Below are positions 36,093 to 50,479 of a stretch of 64,000 nt of DNA, piece after piece. The DNA comes from Octopus bimaculoides (lineage: Eukaryota), in NCBI RefSeq assembly GCF_001194135.2, contig NC_068981.1:163335844-163399843 (forward strand). Direction: 5' to 3'. The notes under the pieces were generated by a model that had not been told where the DNA came from, did no database searches, and saw only the letters and a program-made list of their open reading frames with translations. Position 1 is the first letter of the stretch; every line of letters starts with the position of its first letter. The position numbers were made by a program, and so were the translations under genes.

Positions 36093-37195
36093 CAGTAAAG
36101 TCATGGAACAAAAAAAGAAACTAATCACATTCCTTGAAGAAAATGACTTGCTAACGACCAACATGGTCTTCAACTAGGAAGCTACTGCTTCATACAGCTC
36201 CAACAACACAATGATTGGATGTTTAAACAGTTGCTCGACCTTTAAAATAGCAATATATCTCAATTTTGTGAAAGCCTTTAATAAAGTCAGTCACAGAATG
36301 ATATCATAACCTGCATGATCTCGGCATAGTTGGAAAACTGTAGGAATGGCTACATGGCTTTTAAAACAGATTCCTGACAGTAGTAACCAATGGGGTTATC
36401 TTCCAGGAAACAATAATAGTGATAGGAGCCCCCCCCCAGGTATGATCTTCAGGCCACTGCTAGTCACAGTGACACTCATACAAGCCCTTAGTTATGCAGA
36501 GAGCAAAACTCACTAGATATGCACAAGGTACAAAAGTATCACAGATGATAAAGACCCTGGAAGATTCTATGCACCTGCAACATGACTTACATCCTACATA
36601 TAAGTAGGCTGAAGGAATTAAAATGCAATTTAATGCTGAAAAATTCTAAACCCTCAACTATCAGTAGACGAAATTCAATGCAATGCTGAGAAAATACTTT
36701 GGATCAGGAGAAATTGCAGCCCCAGAATCACAATCAGTATGTGACCCAGGTATTAATATAAGTAATGATGCTTCTTTTCATGTGCAGATTAAGATGTCAA
36801 TGAAATGTAGGTAGCTAGTCAGATAGATTCTACGAACTTTTAGAACTCAAGGGCAGGAAACCATGATGGTCCTCTAGAGAATATTTGCCCACAGCCACAT
36901 CTAGATTATTTTCCCCAATTGTGGTTCCTGCATAGTGTAAAATTAATAGAACTTAAAGCAATCCAAAGCTACAAAAAAAAAAAAAAAAATTGCCTTAGTG
37001 AAACAGATCAGCTACTGAGAAACCGAAGATGGAAAAAATATGCAGTAATGTATGGCTGGAAAATCCTAGAAGGATTTGCATCAAACTTTGGTACTGAAAG
37101 CTATACTAATCCTCAAACAGAGCACCACTGCATAGTACGAAAGATCCAATCCTTGCAATTGAGATCAAAAACCAAATGCTGCATTAGCTTAGGAA
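36093..37195 (+). mobile_element. Decayed CR1-type LINE reverse-transcriptase fragment
   Basis: SKVMEQ...FLEENDLL...IYLNFVKAFNKVSHR...LHDLGIVGKL...RRWKKYAVMYGWKILEG; many stops and frameshifts. Confidence 0.85.
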
Positions 37196-37400
37196 AGACT
37201 GAACTGGTGTGTAGTTCAGGGAAGACTGTACTGGTATGGTCATGTGATGCATATGGATGTGGACAGCTGTGTGAAGAAGTGGTGATCACTCAATATAGAT
37301 GATGCTTATGGAAGAGGGTGATCCAAGTTAACACGGGATGCAGTTATGAAGGCTGATTACAGGTAACTTTGGACCTCACAGAGATAACAAGGGAGTGGGA
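37196..37400 (+). mobile_element. RTE-type LINE 3' fragment
   Basis: ...RLYWYGHVMHMDVDSCVKKW*SLNIDDAYGRG... resembles the RTE C-terminal 'RLRWYGHV.RM' motif. Confidence 0.7.
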
Positions 37401-37419
37401 TAATTGTGTGTGTGTGTGT

Positions 37420-37479
<60 letters not shown>

Positions 37480-40121
37480 AGCTGCCCCTTTACCCAAATT
37501 TCCTCCTCAAGGCACCATTATCACCTTCCATTTCTCCAGCTGCAATTTTTCTTTGGATACCATTAATCTTCCAAACTGCCCAAAACTGTTTCATGATATT
37601 CATCCCTCATTCTTAATACTGTCCTCACAATCCATATTTTTACATTCCACCTACCCAGCTATCAAATCACCTCACCTCAATCATCATTACTATTCTATTT
37701 ACTACTCTTCATTACATTTGGTTATCCCCTACCCCTTACCTACCTCAACCTTATCCAGTCTTAAGCTACTCTTCCCTACTTCCCCTATTTAGATCTGCTC
37801 AATACTTGTTCTTAATTCATTATAATTATTTACTGCCTCGCCATTACCCATCTCTCACTTGTTCATTCTTGCAACCTCCATCCACCTATATTCTCTGTTA
37901 TGTTACCATTCACTTCCACTCACAGATGCTTCATCACCACTATTTTCATCTCTCCCCCAGACACTCCCTACATTTTATTCTAAAATGTGAGAAGCCATGT
38001 GGCCCCTCTACAACAAGAAACCTCTTCTGATCTGGTCCCTTCTCTCATACTTTAACTCTTTGTCTCCTAGTAGAAAATAAGGTTACTCTCTCAGGGTTCA
38101 TTGTTTTACAAGCAGTGTGCCAACTTTACAAATCCTGATAGCATGAGAAAAGCAACCAGTACATACTGTAAATTGGTTGGTGTAGGAAAGGTACACAGCC
38201 ATACAAACCATGCCAAAGTAAGCAGCGGAGCATGATGCAGTTCTTGGACCCATGAGATCCTGCCAAATGATCCATCCCATACCAGCTTGAGATAAGGGTA
38301 TTAAATGATGATGATGGTGATGATATATACATATGCATACATATACATGTCTATCTATCTATCTATCTATCTATATAAACACAAACATATGTACATATAT
38401 ATATATATATGTTTGAAGAACCTACAAGAATAGGTGCAAGCACTAACATTTATAAAACATGTGACATATTAATAAAAAAATCTGTAAATGTACAACCATC
38501 CAGATATCTGAGTACCTTATTATTTTTTCCAATATGTAATTCCTGTACATCACCTCCAAACCTTCCAACACACACACACACATACATATATATACACACA
38601 CATACACACACACACACACATCTTTACAGGTGTTATCCATCTCAATCATATTTCATCTCGGTAATCTCTATTATATCTCAGTGTGCTCTGAGATTACTCT
38701 TAAGACTAACAGTTGACCTGCAATGCTTCAAGTATGTATAATAGATTAGATTCAAAACATTTACAGGGTTTACACATAGCGCTTACAGACAGTACAGTAA
38801 TTTCGTGCAGGCTTACACAGCCAGCTCTTAATAGGAAATATTGGTCACAAAGATTGCATTTCCAACTCTTTATCTTATCTGGTGCATCCACAATACCTCC
38901 TTTTTTCAAAGTATGTTTCAACACAGTGCATACTACTCTTTGGCCAGCTCAAAGTGCACAATACCTTCCTACAACAGAGAACTCCATCTATTTCTATTAC
39001 CCCTTACTCTTCCCAGAATTGAAAATCTATTTTCATTTATACTGAGTGGCTGCTTTTGAATTTCAGCATACTTTTAGGTATAGGGTTGGGGAAAACAGTA
39101 AGAGAAAGCGCTCTAAAAACATGCATATATGGTCCATGTCCAGTTGCTGTAGTTTCCACAGCCTGTCACTGCTTACTCAGATAAGTCAGATTGAATGTGT
39201 ATATTACAGACACACACACTACACAGTGGTCTGTTAACCTGGCAGAAATACCAACCAAATCTTAAAGACACACTAAATAACATAATCGTTCATACAATAC
39301 ATGTGAGAAGAAAGATGGAATGGTTACGTCTGGAATGTCTCTTGTAGATGTACTATTGAATCAGAGGTTATCTGGAGTTAACCAACAATAGAAACTGAAA
39401 CAACCAAATGTATTCATAAATCAAAAACAAAACAGACAATGATACGTTCTTCTTTGCATACTGTCCCGACAACCCATTTCAAAATCCACTTAGGAGAACC
39501 GAAGAGAAATTTCTGAGATTTCAAATAGTCTTGAATAACACTGATTCATATGATTCTTTTAAATAGAAGGCATTTTCAAAGTAAATAATAGTTTCTTGTT
39601 TTTAGCTAACAAAATTCAACATTAATACTGAAGGTACAAGTTCTGCTGGGCCAGACAAGCTGCAAGGTTTACAGACAACAGGTGAATCCAATGCAGCTGC
39701 TGAGAGGTATCCAAGAGATTGAAAAAGGCCAGGTGGAAGGCCTCAGTGACAATAGGAAGATGATTTAGTAAAACTATTCAAACCAGCATGGAAAAGAATA
39801 TGGCACAGTAAAGAAAGAACTGGAAGCTCATTGTGACCAGCAGTGTATAACATCCGATGGTGTGATAGAGACGATAGGTGAATATAGCAATATCATACAT
39901 ATGTATGTTTTTATGTATTATGTATAAAAATACAACTTCTGAGAATAACAAAAAATATTTCAGAAGTGAATGACTTAAATAGAACTCAATGAAACAATAA
40001 AAGCAAGAAATATTCAGTTCAGAGTTGAATTTTGTCATCTGCATTTATGTTTTTTGCATTTGTAACAAACTTACGATTTTAGAGATTGTGTGTATACATA
40101 ACCAGTGTAGGGGAGAGATTA

Positions 40122-40187
<66 letters not shown>

Positions 40188-43100
40188 CTGTTCAAAGTGA
40201 ATCAATGTTTAATGCATGACTGCTGGTATTTAGCAATGTTATCAATTGTGGAGAGAGTGGGGTACAAAAACAAAAAAAAAAAACGCGAATTATGTTTTGA
40301 ACTTAAGCAAGAACTGAATTAAAAAACTTGAAACTATTCTTTACAATATTTGACCATTTCTGCCACATCAATAAACCAAGTAACTTCTTATAATGCTAAA
40401 AATAGTTCAACTTACCATTTATCAAATGTTACTGATGTATTATTAGCTTACACAATGTTAAAAAAAGTGTCTTCCTCATTCGTGCTTAATGAAAATGTAC
40501 TCTACATTTATTAACATATATATGGGATGAATGTAATGTATGATAATAACAAGGATGTTCATTTAAACGAATAAAATTTTTAATGAATGCCATTTTTAAA
40601 TAAATGGCATACACAAGTGTGACTGTGTGGTTAAGAAGTTTACTTCCCAACCACATGATTTTGAGTCCACTGCATGGCATTTTGTGCAAGTATTTTCTAC
40701 TAAAACCTCAAACCAACTGAAGCCTTTTGAGTATATTTAGTAAACAGAAACTGTAATAATTGTGTACACATGTGTTTCTTGATATTGTGCGATTGTTGTA
40801 AATGAATATCATTCATATACAATATTGTGTGAAAACATGTCAGGCCATAAGGAAATATTATCTTGGTTGAAAAGATGTAAGATTTGGCAACAGGAAGGGC
40901 ATCCAGCCATAGTTACATTTTCAGAACTATACAACTGCAAGGTTTACTGTTTGAATCTCTAGCAATGCTTCCAAACTACAAGCAGTTTGTATAAAAATTA
41001 ATAAGCATCAAATAAAGCAATAATCAATAATGATAATGATCATGATTGTACTGGAAGACAAAGGTACAGTACCATAAGGATCCAAACTATACCTCTTCTA
41101 TTCAAATTTAGCTGCACTCCCACAGGAACTGGCCAATAATGAATAATAACACAGGCACAGCACCTGCAGTTTTCAGGGGAAGGGATCTGTCGATTAACAC
41201 AATATTTTATTATTGATCTGAGGGAAAACAAGCAAGATTTGAAAGATGAATGAGGAGCCAACCCTAATACAATACCCCAGGACATTTTTTTGCTGAGGCT
41301 CTAATGATTCTGCCAATAATAATAATGAGAATTTTAATATTATCAGCCTATATTATCATATCATTGTTTAATATCTGTCTTGTGTTAGTATGTTTGTGTC
41401 TCCTTGTCTTGCCATATTGTCGCTGTAAATTAATGCTATTCATTTCCAATATTCTGGGAAAACATATCTGCCTATGGGGAATTATTACCTTGCTTGGAAA
41501 TGAGGTAGACAATTCAACAGGAAACTTTACAATGTATTGATACTTTTCTGAAAGCTAAGGGTATTTCAAGAGACAAAAAAATTTGCAACATGAAACTGAA
41601 ACAAAACCAGAACTGGGTCTAAATAGTTTTGACTCTTTCTTGTCTTTTAACAACAATTTTGCAATTTAATAAACATAATTAACAAAGTAATGCATACAAG
41701 AGAAATTTTTTGCAAGGGAAACAGATTTTTAAGTAGATGTGTGTATGTATATATAATTGAGAGAGAGAGAGAAAGAAAGTCAGCAAGTGAGTGAGTAAGA
41801 ATGTTGTTTGTGTGGTATCTTATACCACATTAGAAAAAAATAATGATTTCAACAGTTAAGATTTAAACCAGGGCTGACAATGAATCAATGCCTTGATTTT
41901 CTTTGCTAATAAATGCTTTCATTTTCATACAAATCTATGCCTGTTGTATGTGCATAACGGTTACACAAATGGCAATAAGTTCTGAAAAACGAAGTATTCA
42001 AAGTGTGTGTATATGCATGCACATTGATCCAAGTGAAAAGAAGGTGCAGAAGAGGAAAGGAGACCAAGGGATAATATATGGAAGAAATAGGGGAAACTGA
42101 CCTCAAGAAGCTGAAACTTATGAAGCAGATGACAAAAGCATCAATAATAGATGAGACTTTGTGCTAAAGAAGACCAATTCAACACATATATTGCCAGAAT
42201 AGAAAAACAAACTCATAATTGTGTGTGTGTGTGTGTGTGTGCATGCGCTGAACTGCACACAGCCAACTGGCTGCAATAGCAAAGCAAAAAACAACACTTC
42301 ATACATACACTACAGAACAGAGAAATCAGCTAACACCACGATTTGAAAATTTCCAGAAGGGACCCTAACACCGAGATATTGACATACAAGGTAAAAGTAC
42401 TGACTATAGACCTGTATTATTTCTTATAACTTGCACTGTTTTGGTTTTATAAATAAATATATTTGGGAATATATCTAATATATAAATGAGTGAAAGATGT
42501 ATATTAGATATATACAACATACACATGTCTAAATTTACACACACTATGTGTAATTCTCTTTAAATCTTGAGTGCTCAAGTGGTACTTAATTTTATCGCCC
42601 CTGAAAGAATGAAAGGCAACGTCAACCTCTGTGGTATTTGAACTCAGAACATAAAGGAATCGGAAGAAATGTCACTGAGCACTTTTGTCTAATATGCTAA
42701 AGATTTTGCCAGCTCACTATACAGTCAATTCCCTGCAATTACATAGTAACCATCAATGAATAAAATTCTTATGCAACTAGCTCAGTAGATGATCAATTTT
42801 GACATTGTCAATAGTAGGATACACATGTATGGATTATATGAGAATGAAATTAAAGCGATTTTACTTGCAGTATGATCATGTGTGCATGTGTGTATATACA
42901 CATACACACGCCTGTTTCACCTAGTCAATGCTATTTTTTTTTCATTCATTGATATGTACATGATGACAATCCTTTGACTTGTGTCATAGGTTTTTCAGTT
43001 CTCTCTCATATACTTCAATACCCTGAGCTTAACCTGATTCACACATCTCAACAATGACTTTCACACACTTTTTAATTAATTACCCAATCACAACACTGTG

Positions 43101-46019
43101 GATGAAGAAAAATTTAATTAGGTCAACTACAGAGTGGTGTAGTCAATAAAGAAAACAAAAATAACACCTTGTGATTGCTTGATTTTCTATAATCTTTTGA
43201 CAAATTTTATCTATTACGAAAATTGTTTTATTGAAACATTTGCATTGCATAATAAAAATTAAATTACATCGACAGTTTTAATTCTTTCAAATGGTGACAT
43301 AAGTTGTTTTGTAAACAAGAAGTGGACTTCAGCTATTTTAAACAGTATAGAAATGGAACCATCCAGAATCACTTATTCATATCTAAATCAAATGTTTACA
43401 CTTCATCAACTCTTTCACTTTAAATGGAAAAAAACATGCAATATATCAAATTTAAAATTATTTGCATATGCAATTAATTGGAACCATTCCTTCCCAGCAC
43501 AAAATACATTGTAGACTTTCTTATCAAACAACAGATGGGGTGGGGGGACACACAGCTTCTTGTAGAACAACCTGTGCAGAGGATTTTGTTTATAGTGATC
43601 AAATGTTTGTGTTGTACATTAGCTCATGCCCTCCATCAAATTGACATTGCCTGTACAAGTGCATGGTGTGCCACACGTCAGATGTCAACATGATTGTAAA
43701 GCAGAAGTATTTTATATATACATATATGTATCCTTAAAGATATATGAGCACACAGACACACATACATTGTGTATATGAACAAACAGACACAATTTGTAAC
43801 TATTTCAGAATTATAAACAATATCTTTTATATCCTAAGAACTGTTTATCAGTCTTTAGCTTGCATCATATAATCATAGAGCAATGTCCTATATAATCAAT
43901 ATAGTCACTTATTTCGAGAGAAGAAACAGTCGATTTTACCAGTGTTTTACAGCTACTATATCAACCACCCTGGAAGAAAAACTATCATCTCTGCTTCATA
44001 AAGCATTATTATTGTTGTTGCCTAACCATACCAGCATGTAAATGGTCATAAAATGATGACTGAGCTGGCAGAACTGTTTGTTAGCTTGTTGGACAAAATA
44101 CTTAATAGCATTTCTTCTGACTCTAAATTCTGAGTTCAAATGCTGCCAAAGTAAACTCTGCCTTTCATTCTTTCAGGGTTGATAAAATACCAATTAAATA
44201 CTGAGGTTGGTGTAATTGGCTATCCACTCCCATTAAAATTGCTAGTTGTGTGCCAAAAATTTACAACAAAAATTTATAACAATTACTATTATCTAATATA
44301 GGCACAAAGCCAACAGTTTGATGAAAGAGGATTACTAGATCAAACAGACCTTAGTACTTGACTGGTACTTTATTTTATTGACCCTGGGAAGATGAAAAGG
44401 CAAAGTTGAACTCAGCAGGATTTGAACACAGGGTAGGGAAAAGCCGAAACAAATTCCGCAATAATAATAATTTATTTCTCACTTGAACGATAGATAAGGG
44501 GATAATGCAAGAACAAGCCCAATGATATAAATAAAAACAAAGAAAAGATAGAAAGAACAGAGGAGGTTACCAAAGGCAATTCTTCCCAACACATCCTGGT
44601 TTGCACTATTTACTGGTCATGTCCTTCAGCCTACAAGTGTAGGATGAATGTAGTCTTTTTTTCACCCAGATCATACTTTCACACATTTGAGTTATTGTAA
44701 GAGAAACCAACAATGATTTCCAACATTAGCATGAGGGCACATATTTGAGGGGCAGGGGAATACAGTAGAATGTATTGCTATACATAGTGTGTGTGTGTGT
44801 AATGGTAATTTTATCTATCTTTGGGTATAGCATGATAGAAAGAACAATAGAGAAACAAGCACAAATTCTGAACAGAGGTTGTTCCATATTTTAATGACTC
44901 CGAGTGTGCAATAAACCAGGTTTTAATCTTTTTAATAATAAATATTTCTTTTCATAACCAAGGGGCCCAACACATTGGAAAAAATGCAGAGGTTAAATAC
45001 AGGGGAGAACAATAAACAAGAGAAATTGGGATTATAAAAAGTAAAATAAAAATTTAATTTCAAAATACAAATACATAAGTGGAGGAGGGGGGATAAATTG
45101 ATAAAAACTATAGAATTGAAATAGGAAAATAAAACCGTAGTATATTCCTGGTACTTATTTCCGTACAGTCCACGTAAACAGAGCATGCAGTTTCATAATC
45201 AGAATAGTTCATGACCACTGGTTAGTAAGCAATGTGGCAAAATGCAGCTAAACTGAACATTGGTGATAAAAATCAAGATTTGTAACTATTTACTTTAATT
45301 CTACATGTTATAAGGCCTCAGCTTGGAACGATTTAATAAACGCTAATACATCTATTGAGTAGCGCTCTAATACAATTGCAATTATGTGTGTGTAAGCACA
45401 AGCATATGAGAGAGTAAGATAATTGTATAGAGGCACATGTGAAATCAAAATCACCGAGAGACATGCATAATGTGGGAAACAAAGATGTGACTATGCAGCT
45501 TTATATGTCAACATTGATGTTGAAAATCACCACGTGGAGCTTTTGACATCAACAACATACAATCACCTGTGTATATTCATATAAAAACCATATGTGCAGC
45601 GCATGTATAGGTAACTTTCCTATTATTGACAGCCGATTTATATTTACTAAAAGTATAGTAAAGAATCACATGTTTATATAAACATGTGTGTGCATGTGTA
45701 AGTGTGGGTGAATCGCACATAAAATTTTGAAGGCTTCAGTTATGAAACCTTCATCAGAGAGTCAGAAGGCCACATAACTGAAACTTCCAACTGTCAGCCA
45801 TTATTTGTATAAATGAAATAAATATGTTATTCTACTGCTAAGTATTGAGCAATCCTTCAGTTTTAATGTTTATTTTTGTACACAAACATAAAAGTAAACA
45901 TTAATGCACACACACATGTATGTGGTATGTCTCAATTTTGTAAAGGTCTTCCATAACCTTCATCACAGAACACATGCAAACAAGACATATATCACATAAC
46001 CGGAAAACTGGGGGGAATG

Positions 46020-47035
46020 ACTGCAGGACTTTTTAAAAGGTAGAGGTTGGAGAATCTCTCATAGTCCAAGGAATTACTCAAAGAAACTGTCTTAGAGCTC
46101 ATAGTACCCTCAGCTGTAGAGAGAGCCCCCTCTGCACTGGCTAAGCTGATGATACAAAAGCATCACATGCAATGAAGAACTGATGATGCTGCATACTTCC
46201 AACAAGACCTGAATACAATATATAAGTGGGCAGAGGACAGCAATATGCAATTTAATGCGGGAAAATTTCAAAAGCACTACTTGTCAACTCACAAACACTA
46301 ACACACTGCAACAAAACTACACAGGACTAGCCATGAGGTACTGCAGCGTCAGAGTTATAAGTGCATAAGCTTGGAATCGATATGAATGATGATGCAACAC
46401 TTCAGGTGTATACAACTAAGATGGCTTTGATGTGTAAGTAACTGGCTGAGTGAATTAGGAGATCTTTCAGAGTAAGGNNNNNNNNNNGGGGCAGTGTTGC
46501 TTTGTCATTTGGACTATTGCTCCCAAACAATGCTCACCTACTTGCATAGTGGCTAAATTAAATGCAAAAGTTCAAGCAGTCAGGTGCTCCTACACCAAAT
46601 AGATTGCCTCAATGCAACAAATGACCCACAAGGAAAGGCCAAAGAAGCTAAAACTGCACTTCCTGGAGCAAAGGCAAAAAAAGATATAGTGATGTGTATC
46701 TGTGTGTAAGATCCTTGAAGAGTTGGTACCAAATTTCAGCATTAAGAGCTACACTGGTCCCCAAACTGGTTGCCACAGAATAGTGTTAAAAGTCCCACAT
46801 TTCCTACATAGATCAAGATCCAAATACTACAATAAATAGCTAAGCATTTAAAGGACCCACAGCTCTTCAATAACCTGCTCAAACATTATGAGACCATATG
46901 TAGGGTGGACATTGATGTCTTTTAGATGCACTTGGACACTCTACTAAGACCTTAGATGAACCTGCTTCACAACAAGAGATACAAATGAGAGCAGTAGTAT
47001 TAAACTCTTTTATCCATCAAAGACCAATGTAACAA
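46020..47035 (+). mobile_element. Decayed CR1-type LINE reverse-transcriptase fragment
   Basis: (Y)ADDTK...TDDAAYFQQDLNTIYKWAEDSNMQFNAGKFQ...; same family as 36093-37195. Confidence 0.85.
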
Positions 47036-47108
47036 TATTAATGGTAGCCCAGCATGGCCACAGACCACAAGATAGAACAAGTAAAAGTGTATATGCATAT
47101 ACATATAT

Positions 47109-47498
47109 TCTTTTACTTGTTTCAGTCATTTGACTGCAGCCATGCTGCAGCACCGCCTTTAGTCAAACAAATCGACCCCAGGACTTATTCTTTGTAAGCC
47201 TAGTACTTATTCTACCAGTCTCTTTTGCCAAACCGCTAAGTTACAGGGATGCAAGTACACCAACATCAGTTGTCAAGCGATGGTGGGGGTACAAACACAG
47301 ACACACAAACACACATACACATACATGTATGTATATTATGACAGCCTTCTTTCAGTTTCTGTCTATCAAAACCACTCACAAGGATTTTGGTTGACCCGAG
47401 GCTATTGTAGAAGACACTAGCCCAAGGTGCCATGTAGAGGGAATGAACCTGGAACCATGTGGTTAGTAAGCAAGCTACTTACCACATAAACACTCCTA
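47109..47498 (-). mobile_element. tRNA/CORE-type SINE, full length
   Basis: Reverse complement of the 22709-23090 family, partly CpG-decayed. Confidence 0.9.
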
Positions 47499-48229
47499 TA
47501 TATACAAATTATTTATAGAAACACATATGCTCCCCACCCCACAAACAAACACTTATTACAGAAAGTGATAAGATCTTGGAAATGGAATAATCAGAGACCC
47601 AGGATGTGTGGTAGAAAAGGACTAAGTGTATGATGATACGTGAGTGAAAACAGGGTTTAGACAGGCGATACAAAAGGGGAGAGTAAAGGGTTCAATGTAA
47701 CCTGTTGCATCAGACATAGGAAAGAGAGGTCAAGTGAAGATAGAGATTGGGGTGGGATATGGAAAGTGACTGGGCCCCACACTAGTGAACAGTACAAATG
47801 GATGTTGATGAGAGGGCCAAATAAGTACAGCCATACACTGTGAGCAATGTATGGTGGACAGAAATCTGCCAACAGTGAAATTAAGAAGAGGAGGGAGTGA
47901 CTAAATTGTGTGAGAGGAGTTATAGAGGCATGGGCATGGAAAGAATAAGGTAAGGATATGGGCAAAAAAAGAGACAAATGTGACAGTGAATGAGTGGTAA
48001 AGATGGGTAACAAGATGAAGAAGGGTAAGCGATAGAGTGATAGCAGAGAAGGGTAAGTAATGGGGAGTGACAGAGGAGAAGGCAACAGAGGTGTTAGGTG
48101 AGAGAAAGGCTAACAAAGAGGCCAATAATGTGACTTTGACAGCATGCAGAGGAAGATAGAGAGACAAATGAAGACATAGAGAAGGAAGATATGGAAGCTA
48201 TAAAAGATTCTGTAATGGGAAAAGATTTA

Positions 48230-49880
48230 GTGAAATTTTAACTGATGCACATGACTGCAGGGAGTTAGATTTAGACACCTGTAATGTAGATGAAAGCTGA
48301 GAATTTCAAGAATTCTGTCCCGGGCCACTGGACAGATGTCACTGGAGCAACAAAGCCAAAAGGAACATGGTAGAGGAACAATACAGTTAACAGGGCAGTC
48401 AAGACAAACAGGCATAGAGAACCTAAGAGGATGGTGGCTAGAAGAGCAGCTATGAAACAGGTTTGAAGTGTTCAGGATCTTAAGGCAGTGTGTGAAAGAG
48501 AACAGAGAGGTCACTGGTGAGAAGTGTATTCAAAATGATGAAGGCATACTTGCCACTGATATGGAAGATAAGAAAGTAGCACAGAAGTGCTATTATGAGA
48601 GGTTGTTTCATGTAAAGAATGCATGGGATAAAGAGAGGGTATCTTGTGATGACCCTACAGAGGGACCAGAAATTCAAGGTGACAGTAGTAAAGTAGATAA
48701 GGTGATCGAGGAGATAAAGATGAGAAAGCTGCAAGTCTATCTGGAATAGTTGTGGAGATGCTCAAAATATATGGTGAGTTAGGGTACATGATTACGACCC
48801 AGATAGTAAATCAAGTTGTACAAGAGTTATACCCAATGACTGGCATAACAGTATCACTGTAAGCTGCTACAAAGACAAAGGAGATGCCTAAGACAGAAGC
48901 AGTTATACAGAATTAAATTACTGGATCACAGAGAGGGTCATTGCACAATTGATTCACGAGAAGATGAGATGCTGAGGATCTAGATGAGTTGCAGTTTAAT
49001 TTTGTGCCTGGAAGAGGTACTACAGATGCAACTACAAGAGAAATACTTGGCTAAGAATAAACCATTATTCCTGGCCAGAGAAAGCATTCAACAGGGTATC
49101 ACATACAGTAACCTGCTGGTCACTTTGGTACTCTCAGAGAAATGACTGATATGCAGAAAAGGAGTATGTTTAAATTCCATACACTGCATTTGATATAAGC
49201 TATGGGCACACAATAGATGTAGTGAAATCACAGGCAGATGATTAGAGAACATAGGCTTCATTTGTGATAGATGCACTGGAACAGTAAATTCCATGAGCAC
49301 ACCTGAAATAGAACCCTTTGAATGCTTGGCTAGCTCTCTTGAAGTGGTTGATAGCTTTTGTTATCTAGGAGCTGTCATCATAAACAAGGAAGGTGGTTAC
49401 TGTGAAAATATAGTAACCAGCACAAGAACAGGTTGGAAGAAGTTAAAGGAGCTACAACTACAGTTGACAATAAAGGTCTTTTCCCAAAGAGTAAAGGCAG
49501 ATTGTATGATATTTGTGCTAGAATTGCCATGCTGTATGGTAGTGAGACATGGGCCTTCAATGCAGAGGACATGAGATGACTGGAAAGAAATGAAGCAAGC
49601 ATGCTCCATTGGATGTACAACAGTATAAATGTGCTGAGAGAAAGACTGGACATAAAACGAATTACATGTACTTATGAAACAAAAAAGACTATTCTAGAAT
49701 GTGTATAGATGAAAAGAGCTAATCACTAAATGTGACTGGAGTACCCAGGAATATGTCTGAAGTGGTGCAGGCTGACTTCAGGACCCTAAGCTTAACAGAG
49801 GAAAAACAATAAAGAACCAGGATATCTGGCAATACAAGGGTCTCATGAAAAACTGCCTATTGTAGTGAAACTGAGAATAC
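48230..49880 (+). mobile_element. Decayed RTE-type LINE ORF2
   Basis: FRILRQCVKENREVTGEKCIQNDEG...YYERLFHVKNAWD...; GTTDA; LEVVDSFCYLG...TRTGWKKLKEL; fragmented by stops. Purine-rich 47560-48230 may be its 5' part. Confidence 0.85.
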
Positions 49881-50479
49881 AAGGGTAATATTTGTTGACA
49901 TATCCTGTTAACAATTTGTCTGCTAGCTCTGCACTTCTGAGGACAAGTGGAAGGAAAATAAACCTTAGAAGGAAATAGGGAAGAGTTAGAAAGGAAGGAC
50001 ATTGGCTGTAAAAAATGGTCTCAATATATATACTCAGCTAACCCATACTAGCATGTAAAAAAATACATAAAACAGACAGACACATATTGAATTTTACAAA
50101 GGCTGACAAACTTCATAAAATATTACCCAATCTTTAGACAGGAGTGAAGCAGTTGAACAATACAAAGGTATTTTACTAAGGTACTTTTAAAGACTGCAAG
50201 TAATTTCAATGGTGAAAACAGCATCTGTTACTGCTCTCAGTTTCACATTCTAAGTTGTTAGCTGCATTGTGTGGCAGTGTACTGATAATTGAGCTTCATA
50301 AAAGTAACTACAGCAGTAGAACGGATACTGCAAGCTATCTTCATGTCTAGAAAGTGTACTGCCAAAGTGTACTGAATAAATATGATGGGCTTCCACATAG
50401 TTCCCATCTACCAAATTCACTCACAAGGCAAGGCATATATTTTGTGGGTAGTCACCGACTTCCACAGCATCGAAGATTT

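Noticed and set aside
38706-38924. Cys-rich 72-aa ORF
   Set aside because: No zinc-finger spacing, no ATG start and no supporting splice pattern.
39440-39560. Protein-like open frames on both strands with a few retained CpGs
   Set aside because: No polypyrimidine acceptor and no recognisable family.
41900-42170. Two-exon model HKVSSIIDAFVICFISFSFLR/TYCHLCNRY...
   Set aside because: Phases fit, but the product is unrecognisable and short; chance is likely.
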